A DNA stretch of 64,000 nt from the human T2T-CHM13v2.0 reference genome, Homo sapiens, in assembly GCF_009914755.1 (NCBI RefSeq), contig NC_060938.1. The stretch is one strand, 5' to 3'. The notes below the pieces were generated by a model that worked only from the letters and a program-made list of their open reading frames with translations, was not told where the DNA came from and did no database searches. Position numbers and translations under genes: made by a program. Shown here one piece after another: positions 49,859 through 64,000 of this stretch. The number at the start of each line of letters is the position of its first letter. Position 1 is the first letter of the stretch.

Positions 49859-50122
49859 CATGCAGGCCAACCCCTAAAGGGTGAAGAGCCTGGTTGGGGA
49901 CTTGCTGTTAGCACTTGGTCCTCTTGTCCTGGGAGAGCACCAGTTCCAGCTCTGCACACACACTTCCTGACTCCTTGCTCTGAGCAGCAGCCTGTGGCCT
50001 TATCCTTCCTCAAAAAGTGACAGGTTGGCTGAGCAGCTGAGAGCAAAGCATGGGAAAAGTGAAGAGTGTGCAAAGGGTGTCCCAGGCAGCTGGAGGTGTG
50101 AAGCCCATGGAGAGCCCCGTGA

Positions 50123-50654
<532 letters not shown>

Positions 50655-52083
50655 TGAGCGGCTGGGTGTCCCAGGCAGTGGGACTAGAGAGGAGCTGGAG
50701 TAGGTGGAGGAGGCAGACAGATACAACACAGGGGACATTAATGGGTTATCAGCAGGGAGAAGGAGCGCCTCCCCATGTGGGACCTGGAGAAACAGAGGGT
50801 GGAGGGAGCATAGAGAGTCTGTTCTAAGCTGCAAAGCAAAGGCCTGGCGACCTAGGAGACCATGGAGTTCCAGAAAGTGATAGTTATGCAGAGCGAATGG
50901 AGGGAATCAGCACGCTGAGGCTGCAGAGAGAGGGTGGGCCTGGGTGGGAATGGGCCAAATCCTCCAGCGCCTTCTAAGCCAAGATAAAAGCTTGAATGAA
51001 TTAGCTTTCATATGTGTTTTCCTCCTTTCTGTTTGTCTTTTGAATTTTACCGGGCTTACATGAATATTGAAATTATTCCCCAAGAAACCACCCAAGCCAG
51101 AATGCTCTAAGAAATAGGGCTAGACAAAAGCAGGTAGGGGTACACAGAATCTTCATCCCTTCCCCTTCCCATCGCCTTCCATCCTCCAGCACAGAGCATG
51201 ACCTCCAGCTCCCTCCCTGCAAGAAATGGGATGGGGAGAAAGGTGGTGCCTGCTGGACTTGAGACAGGGAGAGAGAGGGAGAGGGGGAGAGAGGGAGATG
51301 GGGAGAGAGGGAGGGAGGATAGCTAGCCTTCACCTGTAGATCTCTGAGGTGCTCCGGAAATAGTTTTCTTCACCAGTAAAAAGGGATGAGAATACTCTCT
51401 GAGCCTTTGTGAGTACTCAATACAGTTAGGCACATTGAGTAATTTTGCTACCTCAAAGCACTTTGTTAATGGTAGAACATGGTTCATGCTTGTTTCCAGA
51501 AAATCCAATAGAAAAGGTTTCCATCCATATCCCATGTGGGGAGGTGGTGACACAGGGAAGCCCAAGGCCACCCTTCTCCCCTACTACCCACCAGGCGACC
51601 TCAGCCGCTGGGTCAGCACCAGGCACCTGTCCTCAGTGGGGCAGCACTTCCAATTTCCCCATCCTCCTTGTGAGATACAGGGTGGGACAGGAGATCTGTG
51701 TGGCCTTGGGTAACCTGCTTCAGCTCCCAGAGCCTCAGTTTCTTGGTCTATGAAATGGGACACTGATGTGCCTTCAGAGGCTGTTGTGAGGACTGAGGGA
51801 GCTGTGCAGACTATGCACACAGTAGGTGCACAATAAATCTTAGCTGCTATTCCTCTGAAGTGGGTAGGGTTTGGTGTGGAGGATTCAGATAGGCAAGCCT
51901 CCAGCTCCTCCCTGCTCCCTCAGGAGGTGGGGCTGGAACGAGAGATGTGTTCTAGTTGAGAGATTCTGTTCTGGAAAACCCTGGCTCAGGCTGACCTCAA
52001 GCACTTTGGGACAGGAGTCGAAGAGACACAATACCAAAACAGTACTGTGATGTGCTGTTCTTCATTTGTACGTTCCAGTTACA

Positions 52084-52387
<304 letters not shown>

Positions 52388-52855
52388 ACTCCAATTGCAT
52401 TTCTTTACCTCCCCCACCTGCTCTCCCCCCATCGTCTTTCCCTCCATTACCAGGCACATTGTAGGTGCTCAATGCGTATTCGTTAATAAGAGTCAGCAGG
52501 TCAGATGCCTGTATTAGAAAGGCAGTCACAGCCTCTCCTGACTGGACTGTCAACCCTCCCAGGAAGAGCGCTGGAAGGTCAGTTCAACCTAAATAAGACC
52601 TCTGTGTTCACACTGCATAGAAACACTTGGAAAACTCATCTGTAAAATGGGAATAGTATTAGTACTTATTTTCTCTTTCATGGAATTGCTATTGGGAGGG
52701 GAGGGACTCTGTAGATCAGTCATTCACTGCATTCTACCTGCCTGTCTCTATATTGCGGGGGCTGTGCTAAGTGCTGCTGGACACTGGGGAGCAGCCCAAG
52801 GTCTTGGCTTCGTGGGGCCTACAGCTTAAAAGAGCATGGGTTGGGTTTATGGTAG

Positions 52856-53185
<330 letters not shown>

Positions 53186-53885
53186 TGAAAGGAGTGGCCT
53201 GAAAAATTTATCACAGATTCCCTCTGCTGAATGAGCTCTGCTCATAAAATGACCCCCTCGCATTGAATAGTGTTTAAAGCAGTTGTCCATATGTGGTCTT
53301 GGTTAATTCTTCATTTAGTAGATTATCTCACTGTTTTGAAGATGAAGAAATTTCAACTTGGTCAGAGGAAAGTATATCCTCAAGGTTAGCAAAGCCAGGT
53401 GGCCTGGGCCCCTCCAGTGGGATGCAGAACCCGGGCCTTGATCCTGGTGGACGCAGAGTTTCCAGGAGGCTTTTCCCACACGTTGGGGTCCCAGGCTGGA
53501 GGCTGGAGGAGCCTGTGGTGGTGGTGGTAGTGGTGGTCTGCACTAATGTTCTGGTCAGCATAGGGGGCGTTCTCCTCCTGGAGTAAAAGGCCAGCTTAGT
53601 GAGTTTTGATGTCCCTGCCCAGGAGTGGCTTCAACACTGTGGGTGGCCATCCTCTGGAGAGTGTTTCCCCAGGTAGCTGCCTGGTCCACCCAGACCTGCC
53701 ACCTGGAGTCTCCATATGGAAGAGTTCGAAATGTTCTGACAAGCACCTCAGAGCACCTGCTTTGAGAACGCTAGGGGGGAGTGGCAGCTCTGGCAAATTA
53801 AAATCCCCATCCAGCCAGCCCTGCGCTGGCAGGTGGGGGCCCTGGGCGGCCAGCACCCGGCAACCCTCTCTGTGTCTGGTTGCAG

Positions 53886-54002
53886 GGAACATTGAGTACA
53901 GCTGCCCGGCCACCAACGAGTGCGAGATCACCAAACGGAGGCGCAAGTCCTGCCAGGCCTGCCGCTTCATGAAATGCCTCAAAGTGGGGATGCTGAAGGA
54001 AG
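53886..54002 (+). CDS. ESRRB: ESRRB coding exon (117 nt): second C4 zinc finger
   Basis: (G)[38 protein letters not shown](G). Acceptor ttgcag|GG, donor AAG|gtaaga. Joins in frame to the previous exon. Confidence 0.97.
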
Positions 54003-54549
54003 GTAAGAGACCCCACCGAGTCGGGGTTCACTGTGAGGCTCTGCTTGCTGGGGAGTTTTTGTCCCCTGTGAGACACCCACAAGCTGTGGACCTGTGTCCC
54101 AGGGTGAGACCCAGTCTGAGCGCCCATCTCCTCCCACACCCTGCCAGCCTGCCACGGCGCCCGCATGGCTCTCCTCCTTTAGGGAGGTGGGAATTGGAAT
54201 TTCTTCATTAAGGATCCTTCCGAACCCCTGACCCCACTTGGGCCCCAGTGGGCCTGGCACTCTGGGAAGGCCCTCCTTTAGGGGCAAATCCCACGTCTAC
54301 CCTAGGAGGGGTAGGCTTAAGAGGCTGTTATATCACCTAGCACCCTCAAGGGCTTGGGGGTGAAAAGGACAGACACATTAAGTCCAGGAATGATAAATAA
54401 TGTTCCCTTCACCTGTGAAGAATGGCATTTGTTTTCTGGTGGGTGGACAGGACATGGCTCTTGCCTTGGGAATGCTGCTCCCTTCCTTGTTCCCTCTCTT
54501 CCCATCCTCTCCCTTCCCTCTCCTTTCTCTCCCTGCGTCCTCTGTCTCT

Positions 54550-55180
<631 letters not shown>

Positions 55181-55239
55181 CAGGTCTCCTCTTCCTCACT
55201 TTCTCTACTGATTTGCTCCTTTTTTTATATTAAAATATT

Positions 55240-55342
55240 ATTGATAGAGGCAAGGTCTTGCCATGTTGCTCAGGTTGGTCTCCAACTCCTGGGCTCAGGC
55301 AGTCCTCCCACCTCAGCCTCCTAAAGTGCTGGGATTACAGGC
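55240..55342 (-). mobile_element. FLAM
   Basis: Monomeric Alu. Confidence 0.75.
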
Positions 55343-58076
55343 ATGAGCCACTATGCCCAGCCGATGTTTTCAGTTTGAGGAACCTTGTTCAGTACCATTT
55401 TGGGGATGGGTCGTGAGTGTATGTGTTTCCCTGCTTCTCCAGCTTCCAAGGGGAGCCAGTGAAAATTCTTAGAGATCAACTTTTAAGCTCCGGGCCTGGA
55501 ATCCTTCTAGAAGTGGGAGGAAACAGGAAAAGAGGTGTGTGGGGGTGATCAGAAGGGGCTACAGAGAGAACGAAGGGACAGGTTTGGAATCCAGACCCTT
55601 CCTGGAGGGGGAAGGCTAGGAGTGGGCTTCTGGAAGCCCAGCCCAGCCTTGGGAGCCCCAGGGCACTCCTGCTACCCCCTCTCCCAGGGCCCTCTGAAGA
55701 TAAGGGCCCAGACCTAAGACGCTTTGTCAATACAACTTGGACCATCATGTGCTATAGAAATTGGACCTTCCACTTCCGTTTACCATTTCCAGGTCCCCCA
55801 CTTCACCTCAGCTCAGCCCAGCACCTGTATCCATAAAACAGAAGCTCTTGAAGCAGGCCCTCGGCGGCCTTTGTGTCGACATGGCACACTGGCTTTTAAA
55901 ATGCTCCTCATTCGGGGCTTCATTTAACCCCTTTGTGATGGAGTGGACCACTCAGCTCTTAGACAGGCCAGCTGCTTCGTTAGGGGCTCAACCGAAAAAA
56001 CAGTCTCCTTTCCAGATTAAAAATGGGCTACATCGAGCCCGCAGAAAGGCTGTCTGTTGGTTCATTTTTGACTCTATATAATTTTGGTCTTGCTCCTGGA
56101 TAGGATGACCCAAACTAGTGGCTGAACTGGGTCCCCTGACTCCTATGTTGGGCCCTTTCTGCTCCTTCAGAGCCTCCTGGTATTCACAGATGGGAAAATT
56201 GAGGCAAAAGGCCCATAGAAGCATGCCTGAGTGCTGGTCTCTTGACTTTCTCTCCGTGTGGTGCTGGGAATCTGAGGGTTTCTAAGCTTTGGAGACTCAT
56301 TCATTCCTCTTAAGCCCAAGAGACAGAGCTGCTTGACCTGTTGTTCTCACATACAGAGCTGGATGTGAGAACAGCAGGTCAAGCAGGGGGCCAGGGGCCA
56401 CTTGGTCACAGCGTGCAGCCTCCCTGCCTACTTGACAGTATCCGCGGCACTTAGAGCAGCCAGAAGCCTCATTGTTTTCAATATAGCCCTGAATTTTACA
56501 GGTGACAAAATGGAGCCCTACAGGGGCTGGGGTGAGATGACTCCTACCCTCAGTCACACATTCATCTGAGGGGAGCTGGGCCCAGAGGCTGGAACTTTCC
56601 TTGCCCTGTTCAGTGCCTGCTCCCCATGGCACAGCACAGGGATGGGGGAGGTCGAGAGGGAACCTCCCACTCAATTCCTGGACCATCTTGTAACACTGAG
56701 CAGAGTCTCTTTAGGGGCTATGCAGTGCTGGGAAGAGAGAAGGGCACTTTCTAGTGGCTTCCCAGAAAGCAGGAGATGGTGAAGGGGTGCACTGATGGCA
56801 GGGAGGGAGGTGGTGAGGCCCACAATTGACCGGTGGCCACTCAGACATCCAGACTGGCACTTGTCAGAGAAACGAGGTGGACACTGTGTGTCCCAGGATG
56901 ATGGTATCGGGGGTGCTGGGAGGACAGGGGCATGAGACCCCTGCTGCCTCAAGTGGGGAGGATGTTCAGGGGAAGCCTCAGTGTTGACACCCCTGCCCCG
57001 CTGCAAATATAGCCCTTTGGTTGATGGTCTTTACCCAGGGTGGCAGCTGGGGCCTCCCAGGCAGACATGCTCGGCTCGAAAAGGCCCTTTAAGGAGTTCT
57101 GCCTGAAGGAGGAAGGGACAGCCACTAGAACGCTCCCTCCCCCACTCCCCGCCAGTGCTGGCAGGTCCAGATCCAAGAGCGGGGAGATGACACAAAGGCT
57201 CCTGAGTACGGACAAAGCAGGGAGCCACGTTTAGTTTCTGTCCCCTGCAGGGCCTTGGAGAGATCCTGGGATCTGAAGCTCCGTGGGGACCGACCCCCTT
57301 GGGAGGAGCATCCTCCTTCAACAGCCTGGGCCCCTGCCAGGTGGGGGCTCTTGGCAGCTGCCTGGCTTGGCTTTTGTTTGGGTGTCCCTCCTGGCTCTGC
57401 AGGCAAGGCCCAGGCCCCCCAAGACCAGCGTGGGCTCATCGCCCACCTCAGACTCTGACGGGACTCTAAAAGGCAAACTTCACCTTCCCCAGGGCTGCTC
57501 TCCGCTTTAGGGTCCCATAGTGGGCCTCTGTTGCTTGGGGGGCTTTGGGGGTCCAGGGGCTTGGGGAGGGCTGCAGACGGAGAGATGTGGGTGCCTCCGC
57601 CCTCTCTGCTCCCCTCGCCTGCACGTCTGAACACCACCCTCCCGCCCTCATCCAGCCACATTCTCCTTGTGTTTTATGATTTTTCCTTTCTTAGGTAAAA
57701 TAATCAGAGATCGTTTCCCAGTTTGGGGGCCCAGCAACAGCCACAGAAGAAATCAGACTTGGGGCTTCCTCTGGCTCTCCCTCTCTCTTAAGACTGTGGC
57801 CAGCTCAGGGATCTAAGCTTTTCAGATTCCTCACGTGGCTGGGGACAGATCCTATGGCCACGTCCCTGTGACTTTCTCCCTGGAACATCCAGAGCAGACC
57901 ATGGAAAACAGGAGCTGTCCAAAGGCCTATCTTGCTTTAAGCAAATCTAGTACATAAAAATCTGTATTTTCAGAGAAAAGGTAATTTTTCTCTTTTAAAA
58001 ACTGAACACAAAATCTGGGTTAGGAGTTGATGGCCTGTGTTCTGCCCCTGGTTATTAGGTATTTTTGCCCGTGTAA

Positions 58077-58378
58077 TTTTTTTTTTTTCTTTTGAGAAAG
58101 ACAAAAAAAAGCCTCACTCTGTCGCCAGGCTGGAGTGCAGTGGCGCGATCTAGGCTCACCACACCCTCCACCTCCCGGGTTCAAGCAATTCTCCTGCTTC
58201 AGTCTCCTGGGTAGCTGAGACTACAAGTGTGCAACACCACGCCCAGCTAATTTTTGTATTTTTAGTAGAGATGGGGTTTCACCATGTTGGCCAGGATGGT
58301 CTCAGTCTCAACCTTGTGATCTGCCCGCCTCAGCCTCCCAAAGTGCTGGGATTACAGGCGTGAGCCACTGCCCCCAGC
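58077..58378 (-). mobile_element. AluSc-like
   Basis: Alu consensus. Confidence 0.88.
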
Positions 58379-58556
58379 TGCTGTTTAATATTATTACTCA
58401 CGCCCACCTGCTTCCATTTCTTCACTGTAAAACGGGGATGTTGATACCTGCTTTCCGTCACCAGGTCAAAGTGGGGACCTGGGACAGATGGGACAGCTCC
58501 TCTTGGCAGAATCCACTATGGGATTGCTTTGCAATGTCAGCTCCCTTGATGCGTTA

Positions 58557-58913
<357 letters not shown>

Positions 58914-60272
58914 TTACACTCAGCTTTTCATCAGTCTGCCCCTTGTGTTTGGGGAGGCAGACTGGTGTCTGGCCACCCTGATTTTCTTCCTAGATTTGTT
59001 GGTGGGAATCTTAAAAGACGGCCTTGTCTTGGGCTGGTCCCCACTGTGGGTTCTAGAATCAGGATGGGCAGCTCCCCTGGTAGTCAGCCTTTGCAGCCTG
59101 GCTAGGGTGTGGACTGACTCTGGAAAACCACTAGCTGCATTTCCTAAGGGGCTCCCCGAGGCCTCAGTACAGCTCTGGGATATCAGCAATTCTCTCTAGA
59201 CAGCCTGTCCCCGCCAACTTCACCTCCTCCTCACCTCACCTCCCTCACGCGACCGGCCTCCCAAGCCCGCTCCATTTCTCCCCCACTCAGCCCCTGCCTG
59301 CCTTTCCCCAAGTGTTTTCTAAAAGATATTTGATTTCAGTGAAAGCTGGGCCGACATCCATGCAATATGCTCTCACTTGCTTTGTGCTTGTTGGGAAGGT
59401 GGAGGGCTCCTCCGGGGATTCTGGGTAATTGTGTTAGTGGCCAGCTCATGTCAGGAAATTAAAAGGAGGCCCTGATCAGGTTCCCACTGCATGGGATTTA
59501 ATGGCCTTGTATTTATAGAGTATTCTGCCTCTAGCCCATGCCAGAAATATCACTTTTTTTCTGGCCCTGTGAATGAAGAAAGAGCAAGAGAGATGACTTG
59601 CCTTTAAAAATTCTTTTTCTTTTCCAAAATATATTAGTGTTTTGAAACAAACCAACTCTTTACCACTTTATAGAATGGTATTGAGCTACAGCCTGAGAAT
59701 GCCAATGTGTGTTGCATCCCTTTCGAGCCACTTTACATTCTACACACACTGCCCCCCCCCCAACACCACCACCCCCCAAACACGCACACACACACATACC
59801 TGACAGCTCACAGGATCTTCCCAGGCACCCTGAAGCCTTTGGGCCACTCAGCCACAATGACCTCTGGTTGGAGAAGTGTTGATTGAATGAAGACGCAGGA
59901 GATGATCTTGTCTGTGCTAAATCGTTCTTACTGTTCCCTGCAGGCTTTTGGATAACGGTACGGTGGTCACGTAGGCCTGGTTAAACCTCATCTTCACCAC
60001 TTATCGACTCCTTGGGCCAGTTACTTAAACCCCTGTAAGCCTCCCTTTCCTCCTCCATAAAATGGGAATCATAATAGTGCCTATCTTCATCTTGCTCCCA
60101 ATCTTCAGGGAAAGCTCCTAGAGTTATACTGTGAAGTCTGATTGTTGATTGGAGATAGATATTCTTCATGTACAAAATGGATATTCTTCTGTGATCCAGA
60201 GGCAATTTTGAATCTCCTGTAGCCTCACTCCCTACTCTTGTAATCTTGCTTCACATTTTCATGAAAAAATAG

Positions 60273-60755
<483 letters not shown>

Positions 60756-61274
60756 CCTTACCAAGGACTTCATTCCTATAGTATCTTCTCTGCTTCCAGC
60801 ATCATCGAATTCTCTCTCACTACTGGATCATTTCATTAGCACTCAAGTACACTTCTGTTCTCCCATTATGAAGACAAAATTAAATTTATTTTTTAACTTT
60901 TAAAAAATGTTAAAAAAATTTTTTTTCACATTAAAAAAAGAGACAGGCTGGTCTCAAACTCTTGGGCTCAAGCAATCAACCCACCTTAGCCCCTCAAAAT
61001 GCTGGGATGACAGGGGTGGGTCACCACGCCCAGCCAAAAACAAAATTAAATTTAAAAAAATCCACAACTATATTTTGTCCCTTCATCTCCATCTAGATAT
61101 TGCTACCTGATCCCACTGTCTTTCTCAACAAAACCTCCTAAAGGAATTGACAGCACTTGCTATGTTCATTTTCTTGTCCCATTCACCCCTTTCTTTAAAA
61201 AAACTTCTTTAAAAAGTAAACATTGAATAGATCCAGAAATACACTTATAATATAGTACATTAGGTAAAGACTAG

Positions 61275-61606
<332 letters not shown>

Positions 61607-62049
61607 TAGGCTTCTAAAAGAAGGAGACTCCCTTTTTCCCTCCACAAACCAAACCAAACCCCAAAACCACCCAGAAGCCTAAGCAGGATAGCAGTTTCAT
61701 TCCCGCTCATTTCTTACATAACAGTCAGAAGGTCACAGGCAATCCCAGACTGGCTGGCAGCTCTGCCAAGCTTAGCATGTGGCTTGCCCTTGTGGACCCC
61801 AGTTCTTCCCATCTCACAGACATCTAGAAGGAGGAAAAGCTCCATGTGAAGGGCTGGACCCTAAGTAGCACACATCTGTTCTTCCCACTCACAGCCCAGG
61901 GCCACACTTTTCTGCCAGGGAGTCTTGGAATTGTAGCCATTATCTGGGACGCTGTGTACCCAGCTAAAACGTTGTTGGTATGGAAAAAGGGAATGACATA
62001 TTTTCAAATACAAGTATTGTTTTTTTGTGGGGATTTTGTTATTGTTGCT

Positions 62050-62310
62050 GTTTTTAAAGAGACAAGGTATTGCTCTGTGGCCCAGGCTGGAGTGCAGTGA
62101 CATGATCATAGCTCACTGTAACCTCAAACTATTGGGCTCAAGAGATCCTCCCCACCTCAGCCTCCTAAGTAGCTGGTCTACAGGCATGTGCCAACATGTG
62201 GGGCTAATTTAAAAAATTTTTTTTGTAGAGACAAAGGTCTTGCTTATATTGCCCAGGCTGGTCTCGAACCCCTGGCATAAAGCAACCCTCCTGCTTCAGC
62301 CTCCCAAATT
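62050..62310 (-). mobile_element. AluJ
   Basis: Diverged Alu. Confidence 0.82.
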
Positions 62311-62329
62311 CTTCCCTAGATATTTTAGA

Positions 62330-63130
62330 CCTGAATATCTAACCACACTATTGGCATTGCCACTTGTGTCCTTTATGAGACATCACAGATTAAACATGTC
62401 TAGAGAGGAACTCTAGGTTTGAACCATTCCTCCTTCTATTGCTTCCAGTCTTTCCCATCTCAGGAATGGTGATGCTAGTCACCTATTGCTCAAAAGAAAC
62501 CTGGAGGTCATCCTTGACTCCTCCCAGGTCAATGTCCAAAATGTATTTCAGATTCTCCTACTTTTCTTCATCTCCATGGTCATGACCCTGGTCCAAGGAA
62601 GCATTGTTTTTTCCTGGACCACTGTGGCAGTTTCCTAACTGGACTTCTGATTCCACTCTTAGTCCTGTTTAATCCCCCTAGCAGTGATCTTGTTAAAGCA
62701 CTGGTAAGATTCTGTCATTTTGCTTTACATCACTCAGTGGCTCTCCATAGCACTTAAAATACAATCCAAACACTTTGCTTTGGTCTTCAAGGCCTTGCAT
62801 GGTCTACCCACTCCCTACCTCTTCAGTATCATCTCATACCATTCCTTTCCTGTCTGTTCACTCCTACCCACTCTGCTCCAGCCTCCCTGGCTCATTTTTG
62901 ACCCTCAAGCATGACAAACTGTTTCCCATCTTAGGACTTTCAGGGCCTTCCCTCTGCCTGGAATCCTCTCCCCAAAGCTGGCTCCTTCTTATCCTTCCGA
63001 CCTCAAGTTAAATGTTATCTTCTCAGAAAGGCCTCCCTATCCACTCTATTACTTGCTATCATATCCCCTTGTATGCTTCTTCATTGAACTTCTTTCAGTC
63101 TGACATTATCTTATTTATTTATTTATTTGC
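62330..63130 (+). mobile_element. L2 3' region
   Basis: Typical L2 segments, e.g. aaacctggaggtcatccttgactcctc and ttccctctgcctggaatcctctcccc. Confidence 0.75.
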
Positions 63131-64000
63131 AGACGTGTTTGCACTGGCTGCCTCTAACACAGTTGTTCTTAATTCAGGCTCCAGGATGGCAAGTTGCCTT
63201 TAGTTGCACTCAGCTGGAGTGCATGATTGAAAGGCTTCTTAGGCAGTGTCTGGGATCAGCAGGTAAGAGTGCCATGATTGATTAGCAATGTCTGCCACAG
63301 ACTAAGAAATGGAAGGCAGGGGCACAGGTGATAAGTCTTTGCCATGCCTGATCTGGTCAACTGAGTTTCAGCGATTTGACCAAGGCCAGACAGCTAGTTA
63401 ATGACAGAGCTGGGTGGAATCTAGTCTCCTTGGCTATGTGGAATTCCTTCTAAGAAGCCTATTCGAACCTCACGGTTGATGCCTTGGCCAGTAGTGAAGC
63501 CTGTAGCCCTTTCTCAAAGGGGAAAAAAGAAAGGAACGGAAAGGGAAGCTGGGCTGAAATAACTTCTCTGTGTCAGGCGTACAGTTTTGGAGACTTCTTG
63601 GCAGTTGGGAATGCAGGCGTAACACAGTTTTGTCAAAATGCCCTTGGGGACATGGTGGCATGGTAAGAAGTGTCTAGAGGAGCCCAGCATGATAGCAGAC
63701 ACTCCTTTAATAGGCAGAATTCTGAGAGCTCATCACTCACTAACACTTATCCACCACAGTGCCCGGAGCCCACAGAGCAGCTGGCAAAAGCCCTGGAATA
63801 TTAGGTGTCATGTATGTCTGTTTAGCTACAAGGCTCTCTCTCTTAGCTTTTAGGAAGTCAGGTGTGAGGCACTCTGCCTTTACGGTGTGTCACTGGGGTA
63901 AGAGGCAGCCCAAATGAGCCATTGTGTCTGAGGCAGCAAGGCAAGCTTGCCTGTCACCCAGAAACCCGCACAGGACAGGTGGCTGAAGGAAGTCCAGTGT

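Noticed and set aside
53606-53885. N-terminal part of the 201-aa ORF
   Set aside because: Intronic sequence upstream of the acceptor; no receptor homology.
62578-62587. GGTCATGACC (IR0, TREpal-like) and isolated octamers at 18918, 32626 and 44407
   Set aside because: Single short motifs, some inside L2 or MER5A, without supporting context.

Overview
Primate (human-like) genomic DNA, mostly intronic, from the ESRRB (estrogen-related receptor beta, NR3B2) locus on the + strand. There are only two credible coding exons. The first is 30735-31144 (A/B domain plus zinc finger 1, ATG at 30748). The second is 53886-54002 (zinc finger 2). A 22.7-kb phase-1 intron separates them; upstream and downstream exons lie outside the window. 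The rest is about 59 Alu copies (roughly a quarter of the window, about two-thirds antisense to ESRRB), L2, MIR, L1, L3/CR1, MLT and MER fossils, microsatellites and several short tandem repeats. Nearly all other ORFs in the track are Alu-derived or chance ORFs. I found no new multi-gene system. The best leads are a GC-rich VNTR with variant structure, an Alu with a quadruplicated B-box segment, an inverted-Alu layout that could drive back-splicing of the DNA-binding-domain exons, and several motif-dense candidate enhancers. Repeat family calls and boundaries were made by eye from remembered consensus sequences and are approximate.
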